NCBI GenBank assembly: GCA_017960885.1
Contig: JAGCYI010000230.1
Coordinates: forward strand, 3,175-67,174
Reading direction: 5' to 3'
Source of the DNA: Bacteroidales bacterium
GTDB taxonomy: Bacteria > Bacteroidota > Bacteroidia > Bacteroidales > UBA3824
Length of the DNA stretch: 64,000 bases
Under the pieces are notes generated by a model. The model did not search any database, was not told where the DNA came from, and saw only the letters and a program-made list of their open reading frames with translations. Both the position numbers and the translations under genes were made by a program. Position 1 is the stretch's first letter; each line of letters opens with the position of its first letter. Of the stretch, positions 29,665 to 39,724 are shown piece after piece.

Positions 29665-30864
29665 CTATTTGATTCTTCGGGCAGGAATTACCGAAGCCAC
29701 AAATCCTATGAGCATAACGGCTAATAGTGAGATAATTACATCCCAAAATCTGATGTCGACAGGGTAGGAGTCGATAATGAACGAACCTTCTGGAAACTCA
29801 ATTACACCGAAATGTTTCTGTATCAGGCACAACGCAAGACCTAACGCCATGCCCGACACCGAGCCGATAATGGTGATAAGCCGTCCTGTGTTTACAAAAA
29901 TGCTGTGAATGAATGTCTTGTCGGCGCCGAGGTGCGAGAGGGTTTCGATGTCGCCCTTCTTGTCGATGATGAGCATGGTGAGAGCACCTATAATGTTGAA
30001 TGAGGCTATGATAAAGATAAACATCAGCATAACAAAAATTGAGAGTTTTTCGCTCTTCATAATCTTGTAGAGCAAGTCTTGCTGCTGATAGCGGTCTTTA
30101 ACAGAGAAACTCTCTCCAACAATCTTTTTGATTTGGTCGGCTACATCGTTGGGATCGGCATCTGGCTGACAAAAAATCTCTATCGACGACACTTCGTCGG
30201 GAGCGTAATTGAGCAGTTCACGGGCAAATTTTATTGGTACGTAAACAAATTTGGAGTCATAGTCCTGATGAATGTGAAACACGCCCGAAGGCATTGCAAC
30301 AGAGCTGTGGAAAGCCTCTTCGGGTACAAGCGTGATATGTTCGTTGCGTATCGGCACGTAGATTTTGAGGTAGTGAAAACCATTTACCGTAACTTGGAGC
30401 TTGCTGGCTATGTCGCTGCCCAACACGCACATAGGATTGTCGAATTTGTCTTTTAGAACAAAGCCTCCTACAAACGTGGCGTCAGGCACGCCGTTGCATT
30501 GCACATAGTTGGAGTCAACGCCTTTGATTACGGAAATCAGCTGATGTTTTTCGTATTGGAACAGGGCAGTCTCTTCGATGTTTTCTACAAAGTGCCTGAC
30601 ACCGTCTAACGCAAGTATTTGCTGTTTTTTTACGCTGTCTACAATGAAAGTCTTGCCACGCTGCGACTCAATTTTGAGGTCGGGATCCACCTGGTTCATA
30701 AGTCCGCGCACCACCATGTCGAACCCGTTGAAAACCGAGAGAATAACAATCAATGCCGCAGTCATGCCCGCCACTCCGAAAATTGAAATCTTGGTGATAA
30801 TGTTTACAAGATTACGTTTTCCGCCAAAAAGGTAACGAAACGATATCTGCAGCGGTAGTTTCAT
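29665..30864 (-). CDS. LolC/E-family ABC transporter permease
   Basis: RYLF..LSVFNGF..ASFNIIGALTMLIIDKK..YPV. Confidence 0.9.
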   Translation of the reverse strand: MKLPLQISFRYLFGGKRNLVNIITKISIFGVAGMTAALIVILSVFNGFDMVVRGLMNQVDPDLKIESQRGKTFIVDSVKKQQILALDGVRHFVENIEETALFQYEKHQLISVIKGVDSNYVQCNGVPDATFVGGFVLKDKFDNPMCVLGSDIASKLQVTVNGFHYLKIYVPIRNEHITLVPEEAFHSSVAMPSGVFHIHQDYDSKFVYVPIKFARELLNYAPDEVSSIEIFCQPDADPNDVADQIKKIVGESFSVKDRYQQQDLLYKIMKSEKLSIFVMLMFIFIIASFNIIGALTMLIIDKKGDIETLSHLGADKTFIHSIFVNTGRLITIIGSVSGMALGLALCLIQKHFGVIEFPEGSFIIDSYPVDIRFWDVIISLLAVMLIGFVASVIPARRIK

Positions 30865-30871
30865 AATACGC

Positions 30872-31684
30872 TTATTTTGTGGCTTTTACAATAAGGCCTG
30901 TGCCGGTTTTGTGGTCGGTGATGGTGTCGATCCAGTCTAAGACGAAAGCCCATGGGAATGTGACAATATAATAAGGTATCAGCACAATGAACATCAACTT
31001 GCTGAAATTGAGCATCATAATAGGCCATTTCATACTCAGGCGCCAAGCAATGCTGCCGGGCGTGCCGTAGGAGTAGCGTTTCTCCACCTTTGAGAATCCG
31101 GCGCGGAGCAGTTTCTGCTCTATGTCGTCGATATTGTAGCCGTCGCGCACATGCTCGTCGATAAAAGAGTGGTCGTCTTCGTCGTGAACGTCGCTGCCGC
31201 CTTGGTCTGACGGGGTGGAGATGAGCAGCACACCGCCTTGTTTCATGCTGTCGCAGAGGTTTTTGAATACAAGCTCGTCTTCGAGTATATGCTCCATTAC
31301 GTCTACCGACAGCACAAGGTCGTATTTGTCGGGGTCGGTAAATTTGGTGAGGTCGGCATATTGAAACTTAACTCGGTCGGCGCGGTTTATCTTGGCGAAA
31401 AACTGGTTGCAGTCTTCAATCTGTTCTTCTTTTACGTCAACGCCAAGCACCTGAGCCTTGCGCAGATACGACGACACAAAGAAACTGTACTGACCAAAAC
31501 CCGAACCGGCGTCAAGCACATTGGTTTCTGCTTTGCGGTTTTTGGAGTATATCTTTTTAATTTCACGCTTTATATACCATGCTCTAAGTAGCAGAATGTC
31601 AAGAAGCTTGTAAAACACCTTGCGCAGAAGCGGTGTCTTGTTGAAAACATTGCCGAGCGAGCGTTTAACTGGGTCGTACTGCAT
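30872..31684 (-). CDS. Class I SAM-dependent methyltransferase
   Basis: VLDAGSGFG, VDVMEHI, HVRDGY. Confidence 0.88.
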   Translation of the reverse strand: MQYDPVKRSLGNVFNKTPLLRKVFYKLLDILLLRAWYIKREIKKIYSKNRKAETNVLDAGSGFGQYSFFVSSYLRKAQVLGVDVKEEQIEDCNQFFAKINRADRVKFQYADLTKFTDPDKYDLVLSVDVMEHILEDELVFKNLCDSMKQGGVLLISTPSDQGGSDVHDEDDHSFIDEHVRDGYNIDDIEQKLLRAGFSKVEKRYSYGTPGSIAWRLSMKWPIMMLNFSKLMFIVLIPYYIVTFPWAFVLDWIDTITDHKTGTGLIVKATK

Positions 31685-32043
31685 TATTTTTCGGAGTTGA
31701 GGTTTTTATCTTTGCTTAATAACTCTTCGATGCGCTCTGCATAGTCGAGACTTTCGTCGGGCATGAAGAGCAGGTCGGGAATACGGCGCAGCTGGTAACG
31801 CATTTTGGCTGCGAGTTCAAACCGTATCTGCTTGAGGTTGGCGGTAATCTTAGCAAGCACCTTGGTTCTGAGGTTTTGTGGAAAAATGCTCACAAAAATA
31901 CGCGCTTCGTCTAAGTCAGGCGTAACGCGCACTTCGGTTACCGATATGATAACTCCCTGATAATCGCCTTGATGCGTAAGGAAGTAGGATGCCGCCTCTT
32001 TTTGAACTAAGCGGCTTATTTTGTTCTGTCGTGTAGCGTCCAT
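31684..32043 (-). CDS. rbfA: Ribosome-binding factor A
   Basis: ISVTEVRVTPDL..ARIFVSIF..QLRRIPDL.F..DESLDYAERIEELL. Confidence 0.95.
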   Translation of the reverse strand: MDATRQNKISRLVQKEAASYFLTHQGDYQGVIISVTEVRVTPDLDEARIFVSIFPQNLRTKVLAKITANLKQIRFELAAKMRYQLRRIPDLLFMPDESLDYAERIEELLSKDKNLNSEK

Positions 32044-32105
32044 TGTAAAGGTTTTTTATGTACGCCGCAAAGATATAAAAGAAACGTGATATTAAAAAAC
32101 GTTAG

Positions 32106-32474
32106 TTACTTTTTGGGTTTGATAACCTCGGCGGCAGCAAGTTTCATGCGCTCAAAGTATTCGTCGGCGGGCGATTTGCGCATGTGGTTTCTTGCTTGGA
32201 TTTCCTTAATCGGGTTGTCGCTCTTGAACTTAATCTCTTGCAGACGTTTTTCTTCGGCGGCACGGGCTTCCTCGCGACGTTTTTTCTCTTCGGGGGTCAT
32301 TCCCCTTTCGAGCGAGATAGAGTTTAGTGCGGTGGAAAAATCGTTGAGATTTTGTTTTTCCACAGGGCGTTTCTCTTCGGTGTCGTATTTGTTTTTCCTA
32401 AGAATGAACACCATAGCGGCAATAAAGGCGGCTATAATGATGATCATTATACATGCGAATGCTGATCCGTTCAT
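32106..32474 (-). CDS. Hypothetical single-TM protein
   Basis: N-terminal TM and charged tail. Confidence 0.6.
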   Translation of the reverse strand: MNGSAFACIMIIIIAAFIAAMVFILRKNKYDTEEKRPVEKQNLNDFSTALNSISLERGMTPEEKKRREEARAAEEKRLQEIKFKSDNPIKEIQARNHMRKSPADEYFERMKLAAAEVIKPKK

Positions 32475-32482
32475 TTTGAGTA

Positions 32483-33586
32483 TTATTTAAAAAAGTTCTT
32501 GAATAATTTGCGTTTCTTTTTGTTTTTGTATTGGTTTTTCATCTTCTTGTCGGTTTCTTTGTGGTGCTTTTTCATTTTTTTCATGGTCTTGGTGTCCTGA
32601 ATCTGAATAAGTGCCTTTTTAGCCTTTTTGTAGTGCTTGGCTTCTTGGATGCGTTTTTTGCGCTGTTCTTTTTCAAGTTCGCGTTTCTCTTTGGTTTTGA
32701 GGTCGCCTCCTTGGGCTGCACGGGTGCGCAATTCTTTTTTGCGGTCTTCTTCAGCCTTTACTTTCTGGTCTTTTTTCGCCTGCTTTTCGCGCAGTTTTGC
32801 GTTTTTCTCGTGGTCGATATGGCCGTCGCCGGAACTTTTCTTGAACTCTTTTGTAGCCTTCTTGATTTTTTTCTGCTTTTCTTTCTCTTCGGGCGAAAGG
32901 TCTTTCTTCTTTTTCTTCGCCTCTTTGGCTACCTCTTTCGCTTCTTTCTTTTCGGCTTTTTTATCAAATTCTTCTGGTTCGGCGGGTTTTACAACGGGTT
33001 GTTTCTTTGGAGCGTTATCATCCTCAAATTCAAGACTTTCGCCCTCGTTTACAAACTCTTCTTCGGTGCGGTAATCTGAATCAAGCTCTTTTACCTCGTC
33101 TTCCTCGTCTTCAACTATGCCTTTTTTCGCTTTCTTTTTCTCCTCCTTGGCTTTGGCTTTTGCGGCTTTCTTGTCTTCTTTGCTAAGTTTGCCTTCTTCA
33201 GCCTCTTCGGCTTCTTGCTTTTTCAAGGCTTTCTTCTCTTTTTTAGAGAGTTTCTCTTCGCCTTCTTCTTCGTCGGTATCTGCCTTCATGGCTTCCTTGG
33301 TGGCTTTTTTCTCAGCTTTTTCGGCGGCTTTCTTCTCTTTTTTTACCTTTTTCTTTTCCATCTTCGCCTTTTTCTTTTTGTATTTTTTGCTGAGGCGTTT
33401 TTTCTTCTTGTTGGATAGACCTTTTTCCATAAGGAAGCCATCCTGAGAGTACTGACTACCACTTGGCGCAACTTCCATGGAGGGGTTGAACTTGCCAAAG
33501 TCAGGTCCTTGAGCCTCTGCCACAGTAAGCGACGAAATGAGTATTATTAGCGATAAAAATATAGTTTTTATGTATGATGTCTTCAT
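32483..33586 (-). CDS. Secreted Lys/Glu-rich low-complexity protein
   Basis: Signal peptide (VAEA-Q) followed by about 300 aa dominated by K/E/A blocks. Confidence 0.75.
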   Translation of the reverse strand: MKTSYIKTIFLSLIILISSLTVAEAQGPDFGKFNPSMEVAPSGSQYSQDGFLMEKGLSNKKKKRLSKKYKKKKAKMEKKKVKKEKKAAEKAEKKATKEAMKADTDEEEGEEKLSKKEKKALKKQEAEEAEEGKLSKEDKKAAKAKAKEEKKKAKKGIVEDEEDEVKELDSDYRTEEEFVNEGESLEFEDDNAPKKQPVVKPAEPEEFDKKAEKKEAKEVAKEAKKKKKDLSPEEKEKQKKIKKATKEFKKSSGDGHIDHEKNAKLREKQAKKDQKVKAEEDRKKELRTRAAQGGDLKTKEKRELEKEQRKKRIQEAKHYKKAKKALIQIQDTKTMKKMKKHHKETDKKMKNQYKNKKKRKLFKNFFK

Positions 33587-33636
33587 CTGAAATTAATTTA
33601 ATAATTTTGCAGCAAAATTACAATAAATAAAACGCT

Positions 33637-34083
33637 GTGAAAGCTAAATTGTTATACATAGTCTTATTTTTTGGTTTAATGTTCTCAGGCTGTGGACATT
33701 CCGAAGAACCTATACCAGATGTCAGGGTCGATTTTTATATCTATTTGAGTCAGGCTCAGTTCGCTTCGTTGCAGAATCCGGGCGGATGGTGCTATGTAAC
33801 AGGTGGTTATAATGGTATTTTTGTCTATAATTTCGACTGTACCACTTATTATGCCTATGATCGAGCCTGTCCAGTTTCTAGTAAGCATACTGCATTGATT
33901 TACAATGAACAAACACACTGCCTTTATCATACCGACACCGATAAAAATTGCGATTCGCAATACAGTGTGCTCTTGCAGGGTGCTGTGCAGAGCGGCAGTT
34001 CTAAATATCCCCTTAAACGCTACTATGTGAGAAAAGACGGCGAAAAACTGCATATCGTTAACGAAAGTTATTATTTAGACTAA
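33637..34083 (+). CDS. Lipoprotein with degenerate Rieske-like fold
   Basis: Lipobox FSGC; GGYNGIFVY..AYDRACP..CDSQY..G..G..YPLKRY. Confidence 0.7.
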   Translation: MKAKLLYIVLFFGLMFSGCGHSEEPIPDVRVDFYIYLSQAQFASLQNPGGWCYVTGGYNGIFVYNFDCTTYYAYDRACPVSSKHTALIYNEQTHCLYHTDTDKNCDSQYSVLLQGAVQSGSSKYPLKRYYVRKDGEKLHIVNESYYLD

Positions 34084-34089
34084 AATATA

Positions 34090-35244
34090 ATGGAACTATT
34101 TAATATTACCGCAACTACATTTTTCGGACTGGAAAATGTGCTCAAAGACGAACTTGAAGCCCTTGGCGCTAAGGATATTTCGGTGCTCAACCGTGCCGTG
34201 ATGTTCCGTGGCGACACTACGCTGCTATATAAGTGCAACCTCTGGCTCAGAACGGCGCTCAAAGTGCTTGTGCCTATTGCCAAGTTTAACGCCAACGACG
34301 AACGCGCCCTCTATAATCAGATTTACAAGATAGATTGGGAAAAATATTTTTCTGTAAATCAGACTTTTGCCATCGACCCTGTGACCAGCGGAACGGTGTT
34401 TACCCACAGCAAATATGCCTCGCTGAAGATGAAGGACGCTATCTGCGACTTTTTTCGCGACCGCCGTGGCAAACGTCCCGATGTGGACACCGAATATCCC
34501 GACATCAGGTTCAACCTCCATATCTACAACAGCGAATGTATCGTATCGCTCGACAGCACCGGCGTGCCTATGAGCCGACGTGGATACAAGGCTCGTCAGA
34601 CCTTCGCCCCGCTCAACGAGGTGATGGCTGCCGGAATTTTAAAAATAGCAGGTTGGGACGGGCAGCAGACTCTTCTCGACCCTATGTGCGGTTCGGGAAC
34701 GTTCCCGATTGAGGCCTGTCTGATGGCTCGCAACATTGCTCCGGGCACTTTCCGCAATTTCGCTTTTGAAAAATGGAACAATTACGACCACGAGATTTGG
34801 TCGGCTCTGAAAAAGGAGGCTAAGAACGCCGTAAAGCGTGATGCCAACACCCGAATCATTGGTTACGACAACGACCCGGCTGCTCTTGATGCCGCCTCAC
34901 GCAATGCCGACAAGGCTGGTGTGGAAGATTTTATCGACTTTGACCGTATGGATTTCTTCAAAAACGAAGAACCTTTCCGCAATATATTTGTGATTATGAA
35001 TCCTCCCTACGGCGAGCGTCTGGAAGATGCCGCCGAGATGACAGAGTTTTACAAGAATATCGGCAACCGCCTGAAAGCTTCCTACACCGACAGCAAGGTA
35101 TGGGTGCTGAGCGGGAACCTCGGCGCACTGAAAAACCTCGGACTTCATCCTTCGCGTAAGGTGAAACTCTATAACGGTGCTATTGAGTGCAAGTTAGAGT
35201 GCTTTGAACTTTACAGCGGAAGCCGTAAGCGTCCACAAAACTAA
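34090..35244 (+). CDS. THUMP-domain RNA methyltransferase (RlmL-like)
   Basis: T.FGLE, RRGY, APLNE, DPMCGSGT, NPPYGER. Confidence 0.93.
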   Translation: MELFNITATTFFGLENVLKDELEALGAKDISVLNRAVMFRGDTTLLYKCNLWLRTALKVLVPIAKFNANDERALYNQIYKIDWEKYFSVNQTFAIDPVTSGTVFTHSKYASLKMKDAICDFFRDRRGKRPDVDTEYPDIRFNLHIYNSECIVSLDSTGVPMSRRGYKARQTFAPLNEVMAAGILKIAGWDGQQTLLDPMCGSGTFPIEACLMARNIAPGTFRNFAFEKWNNYDHEIWSALKKEAKNAVKRDANTRIIGYDNDPAALDAASRNADKAGVEDFIDFDRMDFFKNEEPFRNIFVIMNPPYGERLEDAAEMTEFYKNIGNRLKASYTDSKVWVLSGNLGALKNLGLHPSRKVKLYNGAIECKLECFELYSGSRKRPQN

Positions 35245-36389
35245 GCTGTCTCCTCTGCTATTCTTACCGCCTCGGCGTGTGTGGCAATAATGTCGTCGAG
35301 AGTGGGGTCGGAGATGAACGGCGTTTTCTGCATAGTGGTTTCAATGAGGTCCGACATCTCTAAGAATCCAATCTTGTCTTGAAGGAAACGCTTAACAGCC
35401 ACCTCGTTGGCGGCGTTCATGGCGCAAGCTAAGTTGCCTCCTTGTTTGGCGGCGTGAATTGCGAGCGCAAGGTTTCTGAATACGTTGAGGTCGGGTTTCT
35501 CGAATGTCAGGCTTTTGAGCAGAAAGAAATCCACACGTGGGAATGTGCTTTGAAGCCTTTCGGGATAGCCAATGGCAAACTGGATGGGCAAACGCATGTC
35601 GGGCACTCCGAGCTGGAATTTTACCGAGCCGTCAACAAACTGCACGCCCGAGTGAACTATGCTCTGCGGATGAACAAGCACTTCTATCTTGTCGACAGGC
35701 ACGTTGAAAAGGTGCATTGCCTCAATGGTTTCCAATCCTTTGTTCATAAGCGATGCCGAGTCGATGGTAACTTTTGCGCCCATGTTCCAATTGGGGTGCT
35801 TAAGCGCCTGCTCTTTTTTCACTTTGGCAAGAAACTCGTGGTTTTTGCCACGGAATGGTCCGCCCGATGCTGTGAGGAGAATTTTTTCCACCTCGTTGTC
35901 GCCTTCGCCCACAAGTGACTGAAAGATAGCAGAATGCTCGCTGTCGACGGGTAGGATAGGCACGTGGTTTTCCAATGCCTCGCGGATAACGATGCATCCT
36001 GCCGCCACGAGGGTCTCCTTGTTGGCAAGCGCGATGGGCTTTTTATGACGTATGGCGTTGACCGTGGGGATGAGTCCCGAATAGCCAACCATTGCAGCCA
36101 CCACCATGTCAACGGTGTCGAACTCCACAACGTCGGAAATCGACTTGCTGCCGGTGAACACCTTTACTGGATAGTCCTTGAGTGCGTCTTTTGTAGATTG
36201 ATACAATGATTCGTTGGCAATAACTACGGCGTTTGGCTGAAATTTGATAGCCTGCTGAACTAATAGTTCCCAATTAGAACCAGCTGTAAGTATCTCTACC
36301 TCAAATTTGTCGGGATTGCGTTCTATAACATCGAGGGTCTGCGTGCCAATGCTGCCCGTAGAACCCAAAATTGCTATTCTTCGTTTCAT
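35241..36389 (-). CDS. dxr: 1-deoxy-D-xylulose 5-phosphate reductoisomerase
   Basis: LGSTGSIG, LANKE, PVDSEHSA, LTASGGPF, HPNWNMGAKVTIDSA. Confidence 0.98.
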   Translation of the reverse strand: MKRRIAILGSTGSIGTQTLDVIERNPDKFEVEILTAGSNWELLVQQAIKFQPNAVVIANESLYQSTKDALKDYPVKVFTGSKSISDVVEFDTVDMVVAAMVGYSGLIPTVNAIRHKKPIALANKETLVAAGCIVIREALENHVPILPVDSEHSAIFQSLVGEGDNEVEKILLTASGGPFRGKNHEFLAKVKKEQALKHPNWNMGAKVTIDSASLMNKGLETIEAMHLFNVPVDKIEVLVHPQSIVHSGVQFVDGSVKFQLGVPDMRLPIQFAIGYPERLQSTFPRVDFFLLKSLTFEKPDLNVFRNLALAIHAAKQGGNLACAMNAANEVAVKRFLQDKIGFLEMSDLIETTMQKTPFISDPTLDDIIATHAEAVRIAEETA

Positions 36390-37237
36390 TGCGGGAAAAT
36401 TAAATAGTCCTCAGGATTAACGGGAACACCGTCGTGCCAAATTTCAAAGTGGAGGTGGGTACCAGAGGTGAACTCGCCAGAGTTGCCGATAATAGCAATC
36501 GGATCGCCAGCCTGAACCTTGTCGCCAGCATTTTTCAACAGTACCGAGTTGTGTTTGTATACCGAAATGAGGTTGTCGTCGTGCTGAATTTGAATTGTAT
36601 TGCCTGTTTCAATAGTCCAAGTGGCAAGAATCACTGTGCCGGAGAGTGTTGCGAGTATGGGCTCGTCTTCTTTGGCGGCGATGTCGATGCCCCAGTGCTT
36701 AATTTCCGGGTTGAATTTCGATGTGAGAGTGCCATGGACTGGCATAAAGAAATTGCGTCGTTTGTATTTTTCTTTTCCCGAAGAGTTGATGAGTGCGAGG
36801 GTCTGCTGAGTTTCTTCTTCGATGAGAATGCGCACAATGCTGTCGTGTTTCGATTTTGTGAAGTCGGCATGCTGACGCTCAATGGTTGTGGTGTCTTCCT
36901 TCTCGTCGTATTCTTCGAAACTGCGACCGTTCATTATGTTTCTAATCTTGGAGAAATACTCCTGACGTTGCAGTAGCACAGTGCTAATGCTGTCCATGCG
37001 CTTGGCGTTGGTAGTGAGCGCCCATTTCATGTCCTCGTCGTCTTGCTTGGGTAGAAACGAGTTGAGCGGTGTGTAGATAAATAGTATCGCTGTAAGCAGC
37101 GCTATAACGATTATCAATGCACCTGCGTATGCCACCATGTTGAGCATGTTTACTCTAAACGATGTGGTTTCGTGCAAGGTGGTTTCGTTGTAAAGAATTA
37201 TCTTGTAACTGTCCCGTTGTTTTTTTTCTTTTGCCAT
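36386..37237 (-). CDS. M23 family metallopeptidase
   Basis: HWGID (HxxxD) and HLHFE motifs. Confidence 0.92.
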   Translation of the reverse strand: MAKEKKQRDSYKIILYNETTLHETTSFRVNMLNMVAYAGALIIVIALLTAILFIYTPLNSFLPKQDDEDMKWALTTNAKRMDSISTVLLQRQEYFSKIRNIMNGRSFEEYDEKEDTTTIERQHADFTKSKHDSIVRILIEEETQQTLALINSSGKEKYKRRNFFMPVHGTLTSKFNPEIKHWGIDIAAKEDEPILATLSGTVILATWTIETGNTIQIQHDDNLISVYKHNSVLLKNAGDKVQAGDPIAIIGNSGEFTSGTHLHFEIWHDGVPVNPEDYLIFPQ

Positions 37238-37316
37238 TTTTGTCCTTGTATTTGTTCGGCAAAGATAGTTAAAAAATTACTAATCGACAATATAAAAAAT
37301 GCTAAATCAGTTTTCG

Positions 37317-38444
37317 CTATTTAACCTCTTCGTTTAAATAATTGTTGTAACTTGTTGCTATGCCGTCGTTTAATTCAATGCTGTATTTCCAGCCGAGTTT
37401 TTCAAGTTTGGATACGTCAAGTAGTTTCTGAGGAGTTCCGTTGGGTTTGTCGGCGTTCCAAACAACTTTTCCTGTGAATCCCACAGTTTTTTGAACCATA
37501 GATGCAAGTTCGGAAATGGTGAGGTCTTTGCCCGTGCCTATATTAATATGTGTGTTGCGCACTTCGGTTTTGGTGTATGGAACACTGAAGTCTTTGATAT
37601 TGAACTGTTTGCTAAGAATATCGCTGAAGTCAACGTTTTCCATAAGGAACACGCACGCTTCGCCGAGGTCTTGCGAGTGGAGGAACTCTCTGCGTGGCGA
37701 TCCGTCGCCCCAAAGTTCTACTGTTGCGTTGCTGCCAGTGCCAGATATGCCGTACTTTTTGATTATTTCCAACTGCTGGGGTAGGGGGGATGATCCGCTT
37801 ACGCCTTCTATCGGACGACGGTCGAGGTCGCGTTTTACTGCTTCCATGTCGTTGTTTTCTAAGCATTTGGCAAGGTGAAACTTGCGAATCATGGCTGGCA
37901 ATACGTGCGACGTTTCAAGATTGTAGTTGTCGTTGGGTCCGTAAAGGTTTGTGGGCATTACGGAGATGAAGTTGGTGCCGTATTGCAGGTTGTAGCTTTC
38001 GCAGAGCTTTATGCCGGCTATCTTGCTTAGTGCGTATGGCTCGTTGGTGTATTCGAGTTCGGATGTGAGCAAAACATCTTCGGTCATAGGCTGCGGAGGA
38101 TTTTTTGGGTAGATGCAGCTTGAGCCGAGGAAGAGCAGTTTTTTAGCTCCGTATTTGTATGCCGAATTGATGATGTTGGTCTCTATCATAAGGTTCTGAT
38201 AGATAAAGTCGGCGCGGTAGGTGAGGTTTGCGATGATGCCACCCACGTGAGCGGCAGACTGGAACACATATTCGGGACGCTCTTTTTCAAAAAACGCCTC
38301 AACAGTCTTGGTATCAATTAAATCGTATTGAGCGTGAGGAGTAAAAACGAGATTGTTGTAACCACGTTTGCGCAATGCGGCGGTAATGGCGCTACCCACA
38401 AGTCCGCGGTTGCCTGCTACATATATTTTGCTATCTTTATTCAT
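37317..38444 (-). CDS. fcl: GDP-L-fucose synthase
   Basis: GNRGLVGSA, VGGI.AN, LGSSCIYP, TNEPYA, PTNLYGP.DN. Confidence 0.96.
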   Translation of the reverse strand: MNKDSKIYVAGNRGLVGSAITAALRKRGYNNLVFTPHAQYDLIDTKTVEAFFEKERPEYVFQSAAHVGGIIANLTYRADFIYQNLMIETNIINSAYKYGAKKLLFLGSSCIYPKNPPQPMTEDVLLTSELEYTNEPYALSKIAGIKLCESYNLQYGTNFISVMPTNLYGPNDNYNLETSHVLPAMIRKFHLAKCLENNDMEAVKRDLDRRPIEGVSGSSPLPQQLEIIKKYGISGTGSNATVELWGDGSPRREFLHSQDLGEACVFLMENVDFSDILSKQFNIKDFSVPYTKTEVRNTHINIGTGKDLTISELASMVQKTVGFTGKVVWNADKPNGTPQKLLDVSKLEKLGWKYSIELNDGIATSYNNYLNEEVK

Positions 38445-38458
38445 TGATATTCAGTTGT

Positions 38459-39592
38459 TTATTCAAAGTAATTTAAAGTTTTGAAACCGCCTTCGTGCAG
38501 ATAACGGTCTTTCTTCATAAGTTTAAGGTCGGAGTTTACCATTTCGGCGCAGAGTTTCTGCAGGTCGTATTCGGGCTGCCAGCCAAGTTCGGTGCGTGCT
38601 TTGGTGCTGTCGCCTATCAGCAAATCCACCTCTGTGGGACGGAAATAACGAGGATCTACCCTTACTACCACATCGCCAAGGTGCACATGCTGTTTTATGT
38701 CGCGGTATTTCGGGTCGTCGCTGATAGAGTCCACAACGCCTATTTCGTCAACGCCCACACCTTTAAATATTATATTAACTCCAGTTTCGGCAAAAGCCAT
38801 CCGCACAAATTCGCGCACTTCGGTGGTAACGCCCGTGGCGATAACAAAATCGTCGGGTTTTGTGTGCTGGAGGATCATCCACATAGCCTTAACGTAATCT
38901 TTTGCGTGACCCCAGTCGCGTTTTGAACTCATGTTGCCGAGATACAGCTCTTTTTGCATGCCGAGGGCAATTCGGGCAACGGCGCGGGTAATTTTTCGGG
39001 TTACGAATGTTTCGCCGCGTATGGGAGACTCGTGGTTAAAGAGTATTCCGTTTGAAGCGAAAATGTTGTAAGCCTCGCGGTAGTTTACCATTATCCAATA
39101 AGCATAAAGTTTTGCCACAGCGTATGGCGAGCGGGGATAAAAAGGAGTCTTTTCGTTTTGGGGAACGGTTTGCACTTTGCCAAAAAGCTCGGATGTGGAG
39201 GCTTGGTAAATGCGTGTGTGGTTTTCCATTCCGAGTATGCGAATGGCTTCCAACAGTCGCAGAGTGCCTATTCCATCCGCATTGGCTGTGTATTCCGGGG
39301 TGTCGAAACTTACAGCCACGTGGCTCATGGCGGCAAGGTTGTATATCTCGTCGGGTTGAACCTCTTGAACTATGCGTATCAGGTTGGTGCTGTCGGTGAG
39401 GTCGCCGTAGTGAAGCTTAAACATGCGGTTCTCCTCGTGGGGGTCTTGATAGAGGTGGTCGATACGCTCGGTGTTGAAAAGCGAACTGCGCCTCTTAACG
39501 CCGTGTACCATATATCCTTTTTTGAGCAGGAACTCGGCCAAATATGCACCGTCTTGTCCTGTGATGCCTGTTATTAATGCGGTTTTTTTCAT
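38459..39592 (-). CDS. gmd: GDP-mannose 4,6-dehydratase
   Basis: [33 protein letters not shown]; start adjusted to ATG 39592. Confidence 0.98.
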   Translation of the reverse strand: MKKTALITGITGQDGAYLAEFLLKKGYMVHGVKRRSSLFNTERIDHLYQDPHEENRMFKLHYGDLTDSTNLIRIVQEVQPDEIYNLAAMSHVAVSFDTPEYTANADGIGTLRLLEAIRILGMENHTRIYQASTSELFGKVQTVPQNEKTPFYPRSPYAVAKLYAYWIMVNYREAYNIFASNGILFNHESPIRGETFVTRKITRAVARIALGMQKELYLGNMSSKRDWGHAKDYVKAMWMILQHTKPDDFVIATGVTTEVREFVRMAFAETGVNIIFKGVGVDEIGVVDSISDDPKYRDIKQHVHLGDVVVRVDPRYFRPTEVDLLIGDSTKARTELGWQPEYDLQKLCAEMVNSDLKLMKKDRYLHEGGFKTLNYFE

Positions 39593-39611
39593 AGTTTCAA
39601 AAAAAAAATAA

Positions 39612-39679
39612 TTTTGTTGCAAATTTATACAAATAAACAATTCGTAAAAACAAATAGAGTGCTTATATTTGCAACAAAA
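39612..39679. promoter_or_regulatory. Back-to-back TAnnTTTG promoters (gmd / ftsX) forming a 13-bp inverted repeat
   Basis: TTTTGTTGCAAAT (39612-39624) / ATTTGCAACAAAA (39667-39679). Confidence 0.6.
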
Positions 39680-39724
39680 AGGAAAAGCAAATCTACGTCA
39701 AGAAAAAGTACAAGAAAAACAACA

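Noticed and set aside
32531-33446. Phe-rich plus-strand ORFs that look like membrane proteins
   Set aside because: Reverse complement of the AAA/GAA codons of the Lys/Glu-rich gene
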